A stretch of DNA of 64,000 nt from Octopus vulgaris (GCA_951406725.2 OX597827.1:13020001-13084000); one strand, 5' to 3'. Numbered from the stretch's first letter, positions 1 to 13,431 are shown. Notes: generated by a model not told the origin, from the letters alone. Program-made: numbers and translations.

Positions 1-19
1 CATCTGCTAATATTTCTGC

Positions 20-51
20 ATGTATGTATGTATATATATATATATATATAA

Positions 52-138
<87 letters not shown>

Positions 139-212
139 ATATGTATGTATATATATATATACCCATATACACAAACACACATGCATGCATATACACACAC
201 ATATATATATAA
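20..212. repeat. (TA)n/(CA)n microsatellite
   Basis: Direct dinucleotide runs. Similar large (TA/TG)n tracts occur at ~7960-8370, 13270-13680, 14030-14470, 46650-46960 and elsewhere. Confidence 0.95.
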
Positions 213-904
213 ACATACTAACTCTCATTCATTTTGGTAAAATGATTCCTTTTATTTTGTTACAGAATATATTGAATACAATCACTTCATTCTCTTTTCT
301 TTCTTTCTTTTTTTTTTTTGTTTTCGGTGTTGTCTTTCTTTTACTCAAGAAGATTCCCAAGATAATTTGTACAGAGAAGTTTGTTTTGATTTGGCATCCT
401 CCACCTTCTCTACTTTCACTTTCACTTTTACTTTTACAGATGATCATTAACATTGAATTTGTTACAGAGACAATAGCATCTGTTGTGTAAGATTTGAACT
501 CTTGTTACATCTTCAAGAGATCACATTCTTCACATTTTGGTAAATTTTTCAGATCTTTTATTGGCAAGTCTTTTAATACATGTTACATCAGTAAACATCA
601 CAGAACTGTATTTATAGTGGATGATGAATCAGGAATGGTTTCTTTTGTGGCTCAAAGACCTCAGAACTACTGTGCAGTTCTGTTTATCAGTTACTTTCAA
701 TAAAGTTTCGGAATTTGAAGCTTGATATATGCTCTGTTTCTGCTTAAATGGTAAAAATAGCAATAAAAGTTGTGAGTATATATATATATATATACATTTA
801 GTTCTGTATTTTACAGACATTTGCATTTGTTTTAATCTTCTCTACAAAATAACCAAATGCTTTTTCTGTTTAAATTGTCATTTTGCAGGTGTGTGTGAGT
901 CTGT

Positions 905-1026
905 GTGTCTGTGTTTGAATATATGTATGTATGCACGTGCATGTATATGTACACAGGTATGTATAAAGTGGACTTTCCCATGATTATTTTTAAAAGCATA
1001 TGATGTTATTTTATCAATTATAATGA

Positions 1027-1059
<33 letters not shown>

Positions 1060-1185
1060 TGTGTTTGAGTATATGTATGTATGCACGTGCATGTGTATGT
1101 ACACAGGTATGTATAAAGTGGACTTCCCCATGATTATTTTTAAAAGCATATGATGTTATTTTATCAATTATAATGAATGTGTGTA
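905..1185. repeat. Local tandem duplication, ~150-bp period
   Basis: GTGTCTGTGTTTGARTATATGTATGTATGCACGTGC...TTATAATGAATGTGTGT occurs at ~905-1035 and ~1055-1185, separated by (GT)n. Confidence 0.9.
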
Positions 1186-1198
1186 TGTGTGTGCATGT

Positions 1199-1236
<38 letters not shown>

Positions 1237-1964
1237 CCTATAGAATGATAACCTAAATGATTTCAATATTCATTTAAAAATAATTATAGAAAAAAACCTT
1301 CTTCTCAATGTTCATTCTATTTCCATGTTAAATGTCTTGAAAAATAGGCAAAAATATGAATGGAAAGTCCTGTTTGGCTTCACTGTGAAATGAATGTAGA
1401 TGATTTGAATGTATCACAAATGTTTAATTACATATGGATGATGGGTGTTGTAGAAATACGAGAGAAAGTAAGAGCCACTTTTAATGCATTAGAATATTTA
1501 GTTTTCTCCTTCTTGTGCTCAATTCTCTTTGTGGCGGTTTATTTCCTATTTTTCTGATGATTAAAAATAAGTACCAGCAACATACTGAAAACAGTTGAAT
1601 TTGTAATAATTTTTCCCCCCTGTAAATAAAAATTGGGTTTACAGTTTTTCTTTCATCAAGGAAAGTCAATATCTGTAGTAAAATGACAAAATCCACTCAA
1701 AAATGTAAATTCCCTTTTAGTCATTTACCTTAAAGAAAATTTTCTTTAAAACAAGTCATTTTTAAGGAAGATTTTTTTTTTTTTTTAGATTTCTTTGTTG
1801 TCAAAACATCATTGCTTTCAGTACGGTCCTCATTTAATCAATATTTATGATTCAAACAATTTATCTTTATATTTCATATTCATTAAATGATTTATGTTGA
1901 TTCGTGTTCCTAGAAAAGGCTGGAAAATGTCTATGAAGAAAATATTCTGTTTCACTTCTGAGCA

Positions 1965-2129
1965 TCAGTCATTGACAGGAAGGTTTTTGTCCAAATTATA
2001 ATCTGTAGATAAACCAGATAAACTTGTGTTTATGGTTGCAACTGCCAAATACTTGTCAGAGTGCCTTAATTGAGGTTCTAAGTTTTTCATCTCAAAAGTG
2101 TGAGACTTATTGTGCAGGATGCTGCCGAA
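1965..2129 (-). CDS. Candidate terminal coding exon of an unidentified gene
   Basis: Pyrimidine-rich acceptor TTTCTATATTTTTTCAG, then an open phase-0 frame FGSILHNKSHTFEMKNLEPQLRHSDKYLAVATINTSLSGLSTDYNLDKNLPVND* in non-repeat DNA. No homology recognised. Confidence 0.25.
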   Translation of the reverse strand, partial: FGSILHNKSHTFEMKNLEPQLRHSDKYLAVATINTSLSGLSTDYNLDKNLPVND

Positions 2130-2829
2130 CTGAAAAAATATAGAAACCAATATGACAAACATTTTCTGAAGTAATGAGTAGTTTCAAATGAAAAACGACA
2201 TTGAAATACATTAATTTTATTATTCCACTTTCATTTTTAATGTTAAACTTTCTCTTGTGATATTAAAGATTCTCTTATCTCAATTTAGCAATCAGCTCCC
2301 ATAATAAGCTCAAAACTGTTAAATCTAAAAATCAGATAGCTATTTTCTAAATTTAGTTTGCTTATTGAAAATATTACCAAATTTTATTCAGTGTTTTAGA
2401 ATCCACTTTAATCTTTTCATTCTAAAGAGATTGAAAGACTAAGTATATTGTATTGGCTAAAAGAAGGAAAACTAAATTTCCCAAAATATATTTTGAGCTG
2501 GTGAATTTTTCTAAACAAAGAATGTGATTCAAATAAGATACAATTCTCAAAATTGCAATTCATCATCAATATAAAGTGTGTGTGCGTGTGTATGTGTGTG
2601 TGTGTGTGCATGTGTCTGTGTGTGTGTGTGTTTGTGTGTGTGTGTGAGTGTGCATGCATGCATGTGTGCGTTGTGTGCGTGTACATATATATGTATGTAT
2701 ATGCATGTATATATACATGTGTATGGATATATGTGTGTGTGTACATATAAGAGAGAGACAGACAGACAGAGAGAAAGAGAAAGATATAAACCATTGGACA
2801 CTTGATCAGATACAAATGTGTAAATTTAA

Positions 2830-4220
2830 TATGCTTTCACTTTCTTATGAAAAACCTAAAGTCCAAAAACTGATGACTAAAATAATATTCGATGTCCTTG
2901 ATGTGTGACCATCTAAATATTTTGTTGGAGGATGAAAGAATGTGCTTAACTGCTTCCTATACAGCAAGTTTCATTGAAAATCTTGTAGATTTGCAACTCA
3001 CAAAAGGCATTTCAAATGGAGCAGAAGGTAAAAGGTAAAGACAAAGATCGAATTGATGCTCCACCCTTCTTGAGCATACAGCTGAGCTCAAAGATGATAC
3101 ATGATTCAAAAGAGAAGCTATTAAAAAGACTGGCCGTGTTCATCTTAGATTTTTCCAGTGCAGAAGATCATATATGCTTGGCTATACCTATTTCTTTACT
3201 ACCCACAAGGGGCTAAACACAGAGAGGACAAACAAGGACAGACAAACGGATTAAGTCGATTATATCGACCTCAGTGCGTAACTGGTACTTATTTAAGTGA
3301 CCCCGAAAGGATGAAAGGCAAAGTCGACCTCGGTGGAATTTGAGCTCAGAACGTAGCGGCAAACGAAATACTGCTAAGCATTTCGCCCAGCATGTTAACA
3401 TTTCTACCAGCTCGCCACCTTAATATGCTTGGCTATACCTGTTAGTGATAAGGCAAGTGGTGTTATATAGATAAAACGCAGCTGGCAAAAGAACCCAAGA
3501 AGTCACTGAAAAAGTATTAGGGATTTCTTTCAACACAAACTCAAGTCCTGGATGGCATTGTGGTGCTTATAAGCTTCTTGAGGAGCAGCTTAAATGCAAA
3601 GTTCCTTGGTTTACTTCTAGCTATCACCTTTAGGAGAAAACCTTCATGCGTGTACGTTGAATTATTTAGTAAGAAAACATTTCTAAGTAATAAGTTAGTC
3701 AAGATTCTTTTGATTAAATGAGAAAACTTAAATAAAATTAAAATGTACCAAGTGTTGCCTATAATGATTAGTAAATGTGCTAATTAGATATTTCATAGTT
3801 TAGAGATTGTTACTGCTGATTAAAGACAGAATATATTATTCTGGTTTTATAAACTACCTTTTGAAAAGCAAATCTAAGTTGATTCAAGTTGAAGTAGTAG
3901 AAACACAGTTTGTTCTCGTGAAAACTTGCATGATTATGTTTTGGTTATATTTTATAATCATTCTGTAACACATAAAAGGTAACTGCTACACAACAATAAA
4001 ACTATCTTTCTTTTTTTTTAACTACACAAAATGCAGCAAACAGGACAGAGATTAAATATAGATAAAAGAATCAAAGCACTCAATTCTTAAAAAAACAGAT
4101 CAAGTTTGGAATCCAAGGGGACGGAGTCAAAACTTTAAACTTATCCCATTACTCATAAGGGACTACAGTATTGATGAATGAACCTGATATAATTTTTTGG
4201 TTATTTGTTACCAGATGAAA
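2830..4220 (+). pseudogene. Decayed DDE transposase (hAT/hATm-like, C(2)H group), split by a SINE
   Basis: Translation ...IQLSSKMIHD..RLAVF..LAIP|VSDKASG.. and KVLGISFNTNSSPGWHCGAYKLLEEQLKCKVPWFTSSYHL*E resembles the HWDGK...FDTTxSNTG...GAxxLLE...ACRHHxxE pattern. Stops and frameshifts present; boundaries approximate. Confidence 0.6.
3190..3422 (-). mobile_element. SINE family B (tRNA-like head, Deu/Nin-like central domain)
   Basis: A/B-box-like motifs and the core GCCTTTCATCCTTTCGGGGTC. 18-bp TSD ATATGCTTGGCTATACCT at 3172-3189 and 3423-3440. Confidence 0.9.
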
Positions 4221-4340
4221 TATAAAATAATTCAAATGGTATGCCCAAACATATATGTGCATGTATGTACTATACTTAAGTACTTCCATTCATACATTTA
4301 TATATACATATATAAATATACATATATATATATAAACTTA

Positions 4341-4740
4341 GGTGCAGGAGTGACAGTGTGGTAAGTAACTTGCTTAGCAACTGCATGGTTCTGAGTTCAG
4401 TCCCACTGCATGGCACTTTGGGCAAGTGTCTTCTACTATAGCCTCGGGCCGACCAAAGCCTTGTGAGTGAATTTGTTAGATGGAAACTGAAAGAAGCCTG
4501 ATTATGTGTGTGTGTGTGTGTGAGTGTCTGTGTGTTTGTGTGTCTGTGTTTGTCCCCACCACCATCGCTTGACAACCAATGTCGGTGTGTTTACGTTCCC
4601 GTAGCTTAGCAGTTTGGTAAAAGAGACCAATAGAATAAGTACGAGGCTTAAGTCCTAGGGTTGATTTGTTCGACTAAAGGCAATGCTCCAGCATGGCCGC
4701 AGTCAAATGACTGAAACAAGCAAAAGGATAAAAAGAATAA
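4341..4740 (+). mobile_element. SINE family A (tRNA-derived, CORE-like segment, internal TA/TG microsatellite)
   Basis: Head GGYGCAGGAGTGGCTGTGTGGT, B box GTTCAGTCCC, segment CCTTGGGCAAGT and (GTAAAAGA)n-type tail. More than 20 copies in the window. Confidence 0.9.
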
Positions 4741-4890
4741 CTGAACTGATGATCAAAAATTTAAAAAATTGTAGGGGGAAGTGAATGCATACATACACAC
4801 ACACACACACACATACACACACACATAAACACATGCATACATATTCACATATATACGTATATATGTGTATGCATATTCATATGTGTATAT

Positions 4891-5121
4891 ATTTCTTTAC
4901 TGCCCACAAGGGGCTAAACACAGAGGGGACAAACAAGGACAGACAAACGGCTTAAGTCGATTACATTGACCCCCAGTGCGTAACTGGTACTTAATTTATC
5001 GACCCCGAAAGGATGAAAGGCAAAGTCGACCTCGGAGGAATTTGAACCCAGAACGTAACGGCAGACGAAATACGGCTACGCATTTCGCCCGGTGTGCTAA
5101 CGTTTCTGCCAGCTCGCCACC
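4891..5121 (-). mobile_element. SINE family B
   Basis: Full-length copy with a near-perfect TSD TTCAYATGTGTATAT. Confidence 0.9.
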
Positions 5122-5398
5122 TTCACATGTGTATATGTATGCTCACATGTATTCACATACACATTCATACTGCATCATTTTAGTTTAAGATAATAGACAA
5201 TATTAAAATTTCAATTATTTTATATGTAAACTGTCAAACCGCCATCAGGCTATTTGAAATTTCACTTGTAATATATGAGAGTTTATTCATAGGAGAAAAT
5301 AAAGAATAAAAAAAATTATGTTTCATCCAGTTAATATCTATTTCCCGTTTCATTCTAATTTTTCATAACTCTCGTCATTAAAGCATAAAATCGTTTAG

Positions 5399-5497
5399 AG
5401 TAGGAGTGGCTGTGTGGTAAGTAGCTTGTCTACCAACCACATGGTTCCGGGTTCAGTCCCACTGCGTGGCACCTTGGGCAAGTGTCTTCTACTATAG
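5399..5497 (+). mobile_element. SINE family A, head only
   Basis: Matches the 5' ~100 bp of family A. Confidence 0.85.
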
Positions 5498-5606
5498 ATT
5501 TATTTTCAAATCTGGTGCTTATTCTATATAAAGAATAAATAGTTTTGAATGGTACAACAATGAATGGTACAACAATGCACTATAATGCAAAAAAATGAAC
5601 TATATG

Positions 5607-5777
5607 GGCGCAGTAGTGGCTGTGTGGTAAGTAGCTTGCTTACCAACCACATAGTTCCGGGTTCAGTCCCACTGCGTGGCACCTTGGGCAAGTGTCTTCT
5701 ACTATAGCCTCGGGCCGACCAATGCCTTGTGAGTGGATTTGGTAGACAGAAACTGAAAGAAGCCCGTCATATATATG

Positions 5778-5808
<31 letters not shown>

Positions 5809-6030
5809 ATGTTTGTGTGTCTGTGTTTGTCCTCCTAGCATTGCTTGACAACCGATGCTGGTGTGTTTACGTCCCCATCACTTAGCGGTTCGGCAAAAGA
5901 GACCGATAGAATAAGTACTGGGCTTACAAAGAATAAGTCCTGGGGGTCGATTTGCTCGACTAAAGGTGGTGCTCCAGCATGGCCGCAATCAAATGACTGA
6001 AACAAGTAAAAGAGTAAAAGTGTAAAAGAG
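5607..6030 (+). mobile_element. SINE family A, full length
   Basis: Head, internal microsatellite and tail all present. Confidence 0.9.
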
Positions 6031-6091
6031 TATTCCTACACCCTTTTGTCATATATATTGCTCATAGGGACAGGCATAGCTGTGTGGTAAG

Positions 6092-6139
6092 AAGCATCGG
6101 TTGTCAAGAAATGCTAGAGGGACAAACACAGACACACAA

Positions 6140-6174
<35 letters not shown>

Positions 6175-6722
6175 CTAGCAGTATCGCCCGGCGTTGCTTG
6201 GGTTTGTAAGGGAAATAACTATAAAGCATTTTTAGAGAGTTATAGCCAAAAAATAGCAAAAAAATGGGAAAAAAATGATGGTAAATTTTTTTTGAGAGTT
6301 AAAAGGGTCGAGTTGCGTCCCCTAGACAGTCTGTGGTTTGTGTTTCTGATTCTCGACCCCATGTCGAATTTATCGATTTTTTTCAGAACTGGGGGAACTT
6401 TTCAAAATTTTTGCTGCGTTAGTTTTGAATTATGACATTGGGCTATGTGTGTGTCAAGTTTCATCAGAATCGGTTGAAAGCCGTGGTCAGGGTGAGGGTA
6501 CAAGCAAACAGACACACAGAAACACGCACAGACAAACTGCCGTTTATATATAGAGAGATATACATATATACGACAGGCTTCTTTCAGTTTCCGTCTACCA
6601 AATCCACTCACAAGGCTTTGGTCGGCCCGGGGCTATAGTAGAAGACACTCGCCCAAGATGCCACGCAGTGGGACTGAACCCGGAACCATGTGGCTACTTA
6701 CCACACAGCCACTCCTGTGCCC
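6092..6722 (-). mobile_element. SINE family A (3'-truncated), interrupted by a Helitron
   Basis: Reverse-complement family A sequence lies on both sides of 6175-6558. Confidence 0.85.
6175..6558 (-). mobile_element. Non-autonomous Helitron
   Basis: On the minus strand: 5' TC...ATATATAAAC, 3' GC-rich hairpin CCCAAGCAACGCCGGG then CTAG. Inserted at A^T with no TSD. Confidence 0.8.
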
Positions 6723-7077
6723 ATATAGTCCATTTTTTTGCATTATAGTGCATTGTTGTACCATTCATTGTTGTACCATTCAAAACTTTTTATTCTTTAT
6801 ATAGAATAAGCACCAGATTCAAAACAAAAAAACAAGTTCTAGGGTTGATTCCTTTGACAAAGAATTCTTCATGATGGTTCCTTAGCATCATCGCAGCCTG
6901 AAACAGGTGAAAAAGTATCATCAGAATATTCTTCATTATGTCATATCTACTCGGTTGCTTCAATTTTAGTCGAAAATATTTGATGTGGTCTAGTTCTTAA
7001 CTTCACTCCAGTTTCTTCTTTATTTTTCGTAATAGTGTAGGTTGGATAGATCTACACAACTACCTTTGATATATTAT

Positions 7078-7692
7078 CTCTTTTACTTTGTTTACTCTTT
7101 TATTTCAGTCATTTGACTGTGGTCATGCTGGGGCACCACCTTTAGTCGAGCAAATCGACCCCAGGACTTATTTTTTGTAAGCCTAGAACATATTCTATCA
7201 GTCTCTTTTGCCGAACCGCTAAGTTACGGAGAAGTAAACACACCAGCATTGGGTGTCAAGCGATGTTGGGAGGACAAACACAGACACACATACATATATA
7301 TAAAATGTGATCGCATGTGTACCGTTGATGATTTTTTTCCTCCGTCTTCCCTTCCTTGGATCTTTCCTTTTTCTATGTTTCTGACAAAGAGCTCCGCTCG
7401 AAACGTTAAATCCTCCTTCTTTCCTTCCTTTCCTGAGTGTCCACTAACACTATACTTGTTCCATGTCCTCACGCTGTTGTGTTTTCTCTTTATGTTTTCA
7501 TGTTTGGATTAACTATATATACATATATAAACATATATGCGACGGGTTTCTTTCAGTTTCTGTCTACCAAATCCACTCACAAGGCTTTGGTCAGCCCAAA
7601 GCTATAGTAGAAGACACTTGCCCAAGGTGCCATGCAGTGGGACTGATCCCGGAACCATGTGGTTGGTAAGCGAGCTACTTACCACACAGCCA
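7078..7692 (-). mobile_element. SINE family A interrupted by a hammerhead-motif unit
   Basis: Family A tail and head flank 7306-7514. Confidence 0.85.
7306..7514 (+). mobile_element. ~200-bp (TA)n-embedded element with minimal hammerhead motif (Penelope pLTR/retrozyme-like)
   Basis: GTTT-CTGACAA-A-GAGC-TCC-GCTC-GAAAC-GTT-AAAT at 7377-7411. Same unit at 56993 and 60229. Confidence 0.65.
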
Positions 7693-7961
7693 TTTCTACC
7701 CCTCAAAACTTTTTCAATATTTATTGCTTTCGGTAAGATGTCTAAATTCATGCATGTCTAGTCTTCTACAATATTAGTTACTGATTAATATTTAGAATGC
7801 TGACATTTAACTTATGTCACAATTTGCAAAGACTAGCAGAGCTAGTTATGCGTTCCCATGGGGCTAATAACTGATTAACTGTATTTGTAATGGCAAGAGT
7901 GACAATGAAATATGTTTGCAGCTCAGTGGACCTAGTGTATTAGGGAAGAGTGGGGGGTGTA

Positions 7962-7995
<34 letters not shown>

Positions 7996-8302
7996 CTCAA
8001 AATGTATAATAAATATATGTATGCCTGCATGTTCATGTGTATCTGTGTAAAAATGTATGTATACATATATTTATATATACAGACATACACATATATACAT
8101 TTGTATGTGTGTATATATATATATATATGTGTGTGTACATACATATATGTATATATATATACATATATATATGAATGTGCATATGTATATGTATATATGA
8201 ATGTATGCATATATATATATAGAGAGAGAGAGAGAAAGATATACATACATATATACACACATATATATATATACAAATATACATACGTACATATGTACAT
8301 AC

Positions 8303-8370
<68 letters not shown>

Positions 8371-8389
8371 CAGGACATGGTGAGAGTCG

Positions 8390-8650
8390 CGTTTCGTCGC
8401 AATACAGAAGTTTGAGGTAATCATCTAGATGAAATGAACACTACAAAATGAGCTGATTATATATGGAAATTAAAAAAAAAAAGGAACGACTTTGGGGTCA
8501 GAATATTAAATGGTGAATACTGAAAAACCCTGTCCTAATTAAATTGAGAATAAAGGCTGTGAACTACATACCGCAGAGAAAATGAAAAACCATAAAATCC
8601 TTCATAAACAAAGCCATTATTCTGACTCCAGATTAGGAATGCTTGACAAT
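8390..8650 (+). pseudogene. Penelope-like GIY-YIG endonuclease C-terminal remnant
   Basis: Fragments MNTTK*ADYIWKLK, NIKW*ILK and GCELHTAEK match the T.LS.YIW.LK...I.W.IL...C.LC..EK pattern. Adjacent to (TA)n. Confidence 0.5.
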
Positions 8651-8717
8651 GTAAGTAGTATGAAAAGCACCTAACCAACACCTGTGAAATTTTACCTTCA
8701 CCCAACCAGAATCATAT

Positions 8718-8881
8718 GAGTGGCTGTGTGGTAAGTAGCTTGCTTACCAACCACATTGTTCTGGGTTCAATCCCCCTGCATGGCACCTTGGACAAGTGTC
8801 TTCCACTACAGCCTCGTGTCTACCAAAGCCTTGTGAGTGGATTTGGTAGATGGAAACTGAAAGAAGCCCATCATATATATG

Positions 8882-8916
<35 letters not shown>

Positions 8917-9134
8917 TTGCGGGTCTGTGTTTGTTCCCCCCCCCCAACATCTCTTGACAACCGATGCTGGTGTGTTTATGTCCCCCGTAACTTAGCGGTT
9001 TGGCAAAAGAGACTGATAGAATAAGTACTAGGCTTACTACAAAGAATAAGTCCTGGGGTCGATTTGCTCAACTAAAGGCAGTGCTGCAGCATGGCCGCAC
9101 TCAAATGACTGAAACGAGTAAAAGAGTAAAAGAG
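8718..9134 (+). mobile_element. SINE family A
   Basis: Near full-length match to the other copies. Confidence 0.9.
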
Positions 9135-9469
9135 TATGCACAAATAGCTAATATTGTCTTCACTTCAGACTTCCTTTGCTTTTTTCGTCTTCCAATTTTC
9201 TCTCTTTTATCATTCACCTACTTTAAATTTACATTTACTTTTCCTTTTTACAGCCATCATTCCCTTCTTTCAGCTATATTATTCCTTATTTTGCTGGTCC
9301 CTCCATCATGTCGACTTGGAATAGTTCTTCTCCCTCCCCCCCTCTTTCTCCCTCTTGCTGCTGTCTTCTCAGCCCTATTATCATTTTAGGAACCACGCCT
9401 GTGTGTGTGTGAATGTGTGTGTGTATCCACACACACACACAAACACAGAGGAGCGTGGTTGTGTTGTGA

Positions 9470-9770
9470 TATCTACATATCAAATTTGATCGCAATCGGA
9501 TGGAGGATGCCCAAGATCCTAGAAGACACACACACAGACAGACAGAATGGATTTTATATTATAGATAATACATATATATGTGTGTTTATATATATGTTTG
9601 TGAGTTTGTGTTTATCCCCCCAACATTGTTTGACAATCAATGCTGGTGTGTTTATGTCCCCATATCTTAGTGGTTTGGCAAAAGAGGCCGATAGAATAAG
9701 TACTGGGCATACAAAGAATAAGTCCTAGGGTAGATTTGCTCGACTAAAGGTGGTGCCCCAGCTAGGCCAT
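9470..9770. mobile_element. Helitron-like 5' fragment (minus, ~9470-9567) joined to the 3' half of SINE A (plus)
   Basis: TCAAATTTGATCGCAATCGG...ACAGACAGAC...TTTTATATTATAGA resembles the end of the 6175-6558 element. A family A tail follows. Confidence 0.5.
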
Positions 9771-10366
9771 CATCAGACATTTGAGTTCAAGTTTATATAG
9801 TACCTGCTAAGTTAAAATTGTCTTGGAAAAGCTGAGTTCTGTTAAATGGTAGTTAGTTTGTTTGGGAGGCTGTGATGGTACGGTGTTATGGAGGATTTTT
9901 ATTGAGTAAATTTGGGGTTGTGTTATAGTTCAGAATTTATTCAGGCATGTAGAACTTTGTAATCAGATGTATCTATTTAGGTATGTCATCTTCAGGTCAT
10001 AGGGCTTCACAAAAGAACGTTTTTAGGTGTAATGTGCTTGTTAGTTAGCAGATGTATCACTAAGTTTAGTGGTTGTGGGTATTATTTGGATATTAATGGA
10101 ATATTAACTTTTGTTTTAAGGATGTGAAGGTTAAATCTTTAACCATCACATTCTCAAGACCAGCATCTTCTGTTACAGCCTCAGATCAAATTAATCCTTA
10201 TGATAGATATAGCAGATGGAAACTACACACATATGGCCATACATATATACAAACTTACATGCATGCATGCATACATACATACATACATACATACATACAT
10301 ACATACATACATACATACATACATACATACATACATACATACATACATACACACACACATACACAA

Positions 10367-10648
10367 AAGCTGATTCGAAGACTACAAATCCATGCCATCA
10401 CTGGCACTTTAAAATATCAGTAAAACTTTCCTGAAATTTATCATATAAGCATTTCTGAACATGTCTAGACATGCAACTATATGCATGGGAATACATACAT
10501 AAATCTAAGCACACAAACCTGCACATATGCATACATACAAAAATACCCTGTTGATGTTGTTGAAATTCCAGTGAAGGAGTTTTGAATCAAGGTTAGAAAC
10601 CAGCTCGTTCTCTATTGAGAAGAAATTTTGAAATAAAACTGAATAATG
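10367..10648 (+). mobile_element. 5'-truncated R4/Dong-like (RLE) non-LTR retrotransposon 3' end in (ACAT)n
   Basis: Encodes KLIRRLQIHAITGT..., homologous to 35600-35990. Flanked by (ACAT)n. Confidence 0.65.
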
Positions 10649-11565
10649 ATATACATACATACATGGAAACATATATACATAATGCATACATGCATACATA
10701 CATAATGCATACATGTATACATATATAGATGCATACATACTTACATACATACATAATGCATACATATATAGATGCATAGATACATACATACATACATACA
10801 TACATACATACATACATACATACACTCTTATATACATACATGCATGGTGGCTGCCCCCTCATTATCGAGTATGGCCATTGCACAAAGCTTAATTAATGTT
10901 GTTATCGTGCAATGCCTGTGCAAGAAGATTGCATACATGCATACATACATACATACATAATGCATGCATGCATACATATATAGATGCATACATACATAAT
11001 GCATACATACACACATATATACATACATGCATACATATATAGATGCATACATACATACATACATACATAATGCATGCATGCATACATACATAATGCATAC
11101 ATACACACATATATACATACATGCATACATATATAGATGCATACATACATACATACATAATGCATGCATGCATACATATATAGATGCATACATACATAAT
11201 GCATACATACACACATATATACATACATGCATACATATATAGATGCATACATACATACATACATACATAATGCATGCATGCATACATACATAATGCATAC
11301 ATACATACATATATACATACATGCATACATATATAGATGCATACATACATACATACATACATAATGCATGCATACATACATGCATACATACATACATAAT
11401 GCATACATACACACATATATACATACATGCATACATATATAGATGCATACATACATACATACATACATACATACATACATACATACATACATACGTACAT
11501 ACATACATAATGCATACATACATACACACATATATACATACATGCAAACAAACACGCATACATAA
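10649..11565. repeat. Complex (ACAT)-derived minisatellite with ~200-bp higher-order period
   Basis: Identical blocks at 10981 and 11181. ACACATATAT landmarks at 11011, 11211 and 11411. Confidence 0.85.
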
Positions 11566-11823
11566 TTATGTGTGTATGGAATATTCCCTGCATGAAGATG
11601 GGAGGAACATATTTGGGAGGACTGACTTTGTTGAGGAAAGGAGACATTATTATTTGTTGCAAGACACGCTATGAAGAACTCATCCTTTTCTCTGAGCCAG
11701 TGATAATGATGATTGAACCCTAATCTCCAGGGAGGAATTGTGTATGCATGGAAACAAATTCAGAATGTAGGGAATAGATGCATGTGTCACACTGCATATA
11801 TGATAGTGTATATATGTGTATTG

Positions 11824-12238
11824 AAGGCAGTGAGCTGGCAGAAACGTTAGCACGCCGGGCGAAATGCGTAGCAGTATTTCATCTGCCGTTACGTTCTGAG
11901 TTCAAATTCCGCCGAGGTCGACTTTGCCTTTCATCCTTTCGGGGTCGATAAATAAAGTACCAGTTATGCACTGGGGTCGATATAATCGACTTAATCCCTT
12001 TGTCTGTCCTTGTTTGTCCCCTCTATGTTTAGCCCCTTGTGAGTAGTAAAGAAATAGGTATTTCGTCTGCAGCTACGTTCTGAGTTCAAATTCCGCCGAG
12101 ATCGACTTTGCCTTTCATCCTTTCAGGGTCGATAAATAAAGTACCAGTTACGCACTTGGGTCAATGTAATCGACTTAATCCGTTTGTCTGTCCTTGTTTG
12201 TCCCCTCTATGTTTAGCCCCTTGTGGGCAGTAAAGAAA
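11824..12238 (+). mobile_element. SINE family B head-to-tail dimer
   Basis: A full unit plus a second unit starting at GGTATTTCGTC (12057). 15-bp TSD TATATATGTGTATTG at 11809-11823 and 12239-12253. Confidence 0.9.
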
Positions 12239-12260
12239 TATATATGTGTATTGCATATAC

Positions 12261-12680
12261 TCTTTACTCTTTTACTCTTTTACTTGTTTCAGTCATTTGA
12301 CTGCGGCCATGCTGGAGCACCGCCTTTAGTCAAGCAAATCGACCCCGGAATTTATTCTTTGTAAGCCCAGCACTTATTCTATCGGTCTCTTTTGCCGAAC
12401 CGCTAAGTTACGGAGATGTAAACACACCAGCATCGGTTGTCAAGCGATGTTGGGGAGACAAACACAGACACACAAACATATACACACACATACATATATA
12501 TATATATACATATATACGACAGGCTTCTTTCAGTTTCCGTCTACCAAATCCACTCACAAGGCTTTGGTCAGCCCGAGGCTATAGTAGAAGACACTTGCCC
12601 AAGGTGCCACGCAGTGGGACTGAACCCGGAACTATGTGGTTCGTAAGCAAGCTACTTACCACACAGCCACTCCTGCGCCT
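12261..12680 (-). mobile_element. SINE family A
   Basis: Full-length reverse copy. Confidence 0.9.
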
Positions 12681-13275
12681 ATGTATATGTGTGTTCAAGA
12701 CTACACTATCCAATGAACACTTTCACTTTTAACCAACAGTGATTTTTAGATTGGGAGGCATCTCACTACTATTTCTAGCTTGTCAGATGTAACCAGGTAG
12801 AAGCTCACTCATGATCTCAGTGCTTATACTTAACTCATTTGATACATCATAACTAAAATTCATTTGGCAATGCATGCAGTATATTGAACGACTCTACTAA
12901 GGTTTTTCATCAGAATGTGTAAGAAATACATTTATTTTCTACATTACAGAAGCATGGCTTTTGTTCTATGAAAGGAAGAATTTCTTCTTCTAGTGAGTAG
13001 TAAGAATCCAAGTTAATGATTATCCGAAAAGAGATTATCGTAAACTTGACACAAATGAAATTTTCTAACACAATAAAACTGCTTGACAAAAAAACAAAAA
13101 TTCTCTGTAGCAAAAGCAGAATCAACATTCAATTTAATCTGGTTTACTGCTTAGACTAAGTTTCTTCATAAGATTACAGCAGCGAATAAAATTTTATGCC
13201 AGATATGAAAATCTTTCTCAGACCACTGAGCTGAAACATGGCAAAAATTTTTTTTACGTTATTTCGCACACACAT

Positions 13276-13308
<33 letters not shown>

Positions 13309-13350
13309 CACACTCATGAACATGCACACATACACAGACACATACACACA

Positions 13351-13392
<42 letters not shown>

Positions 13393-13431
13393 GATATATA
13401 TATATGTATATACATATATATATATTATATA

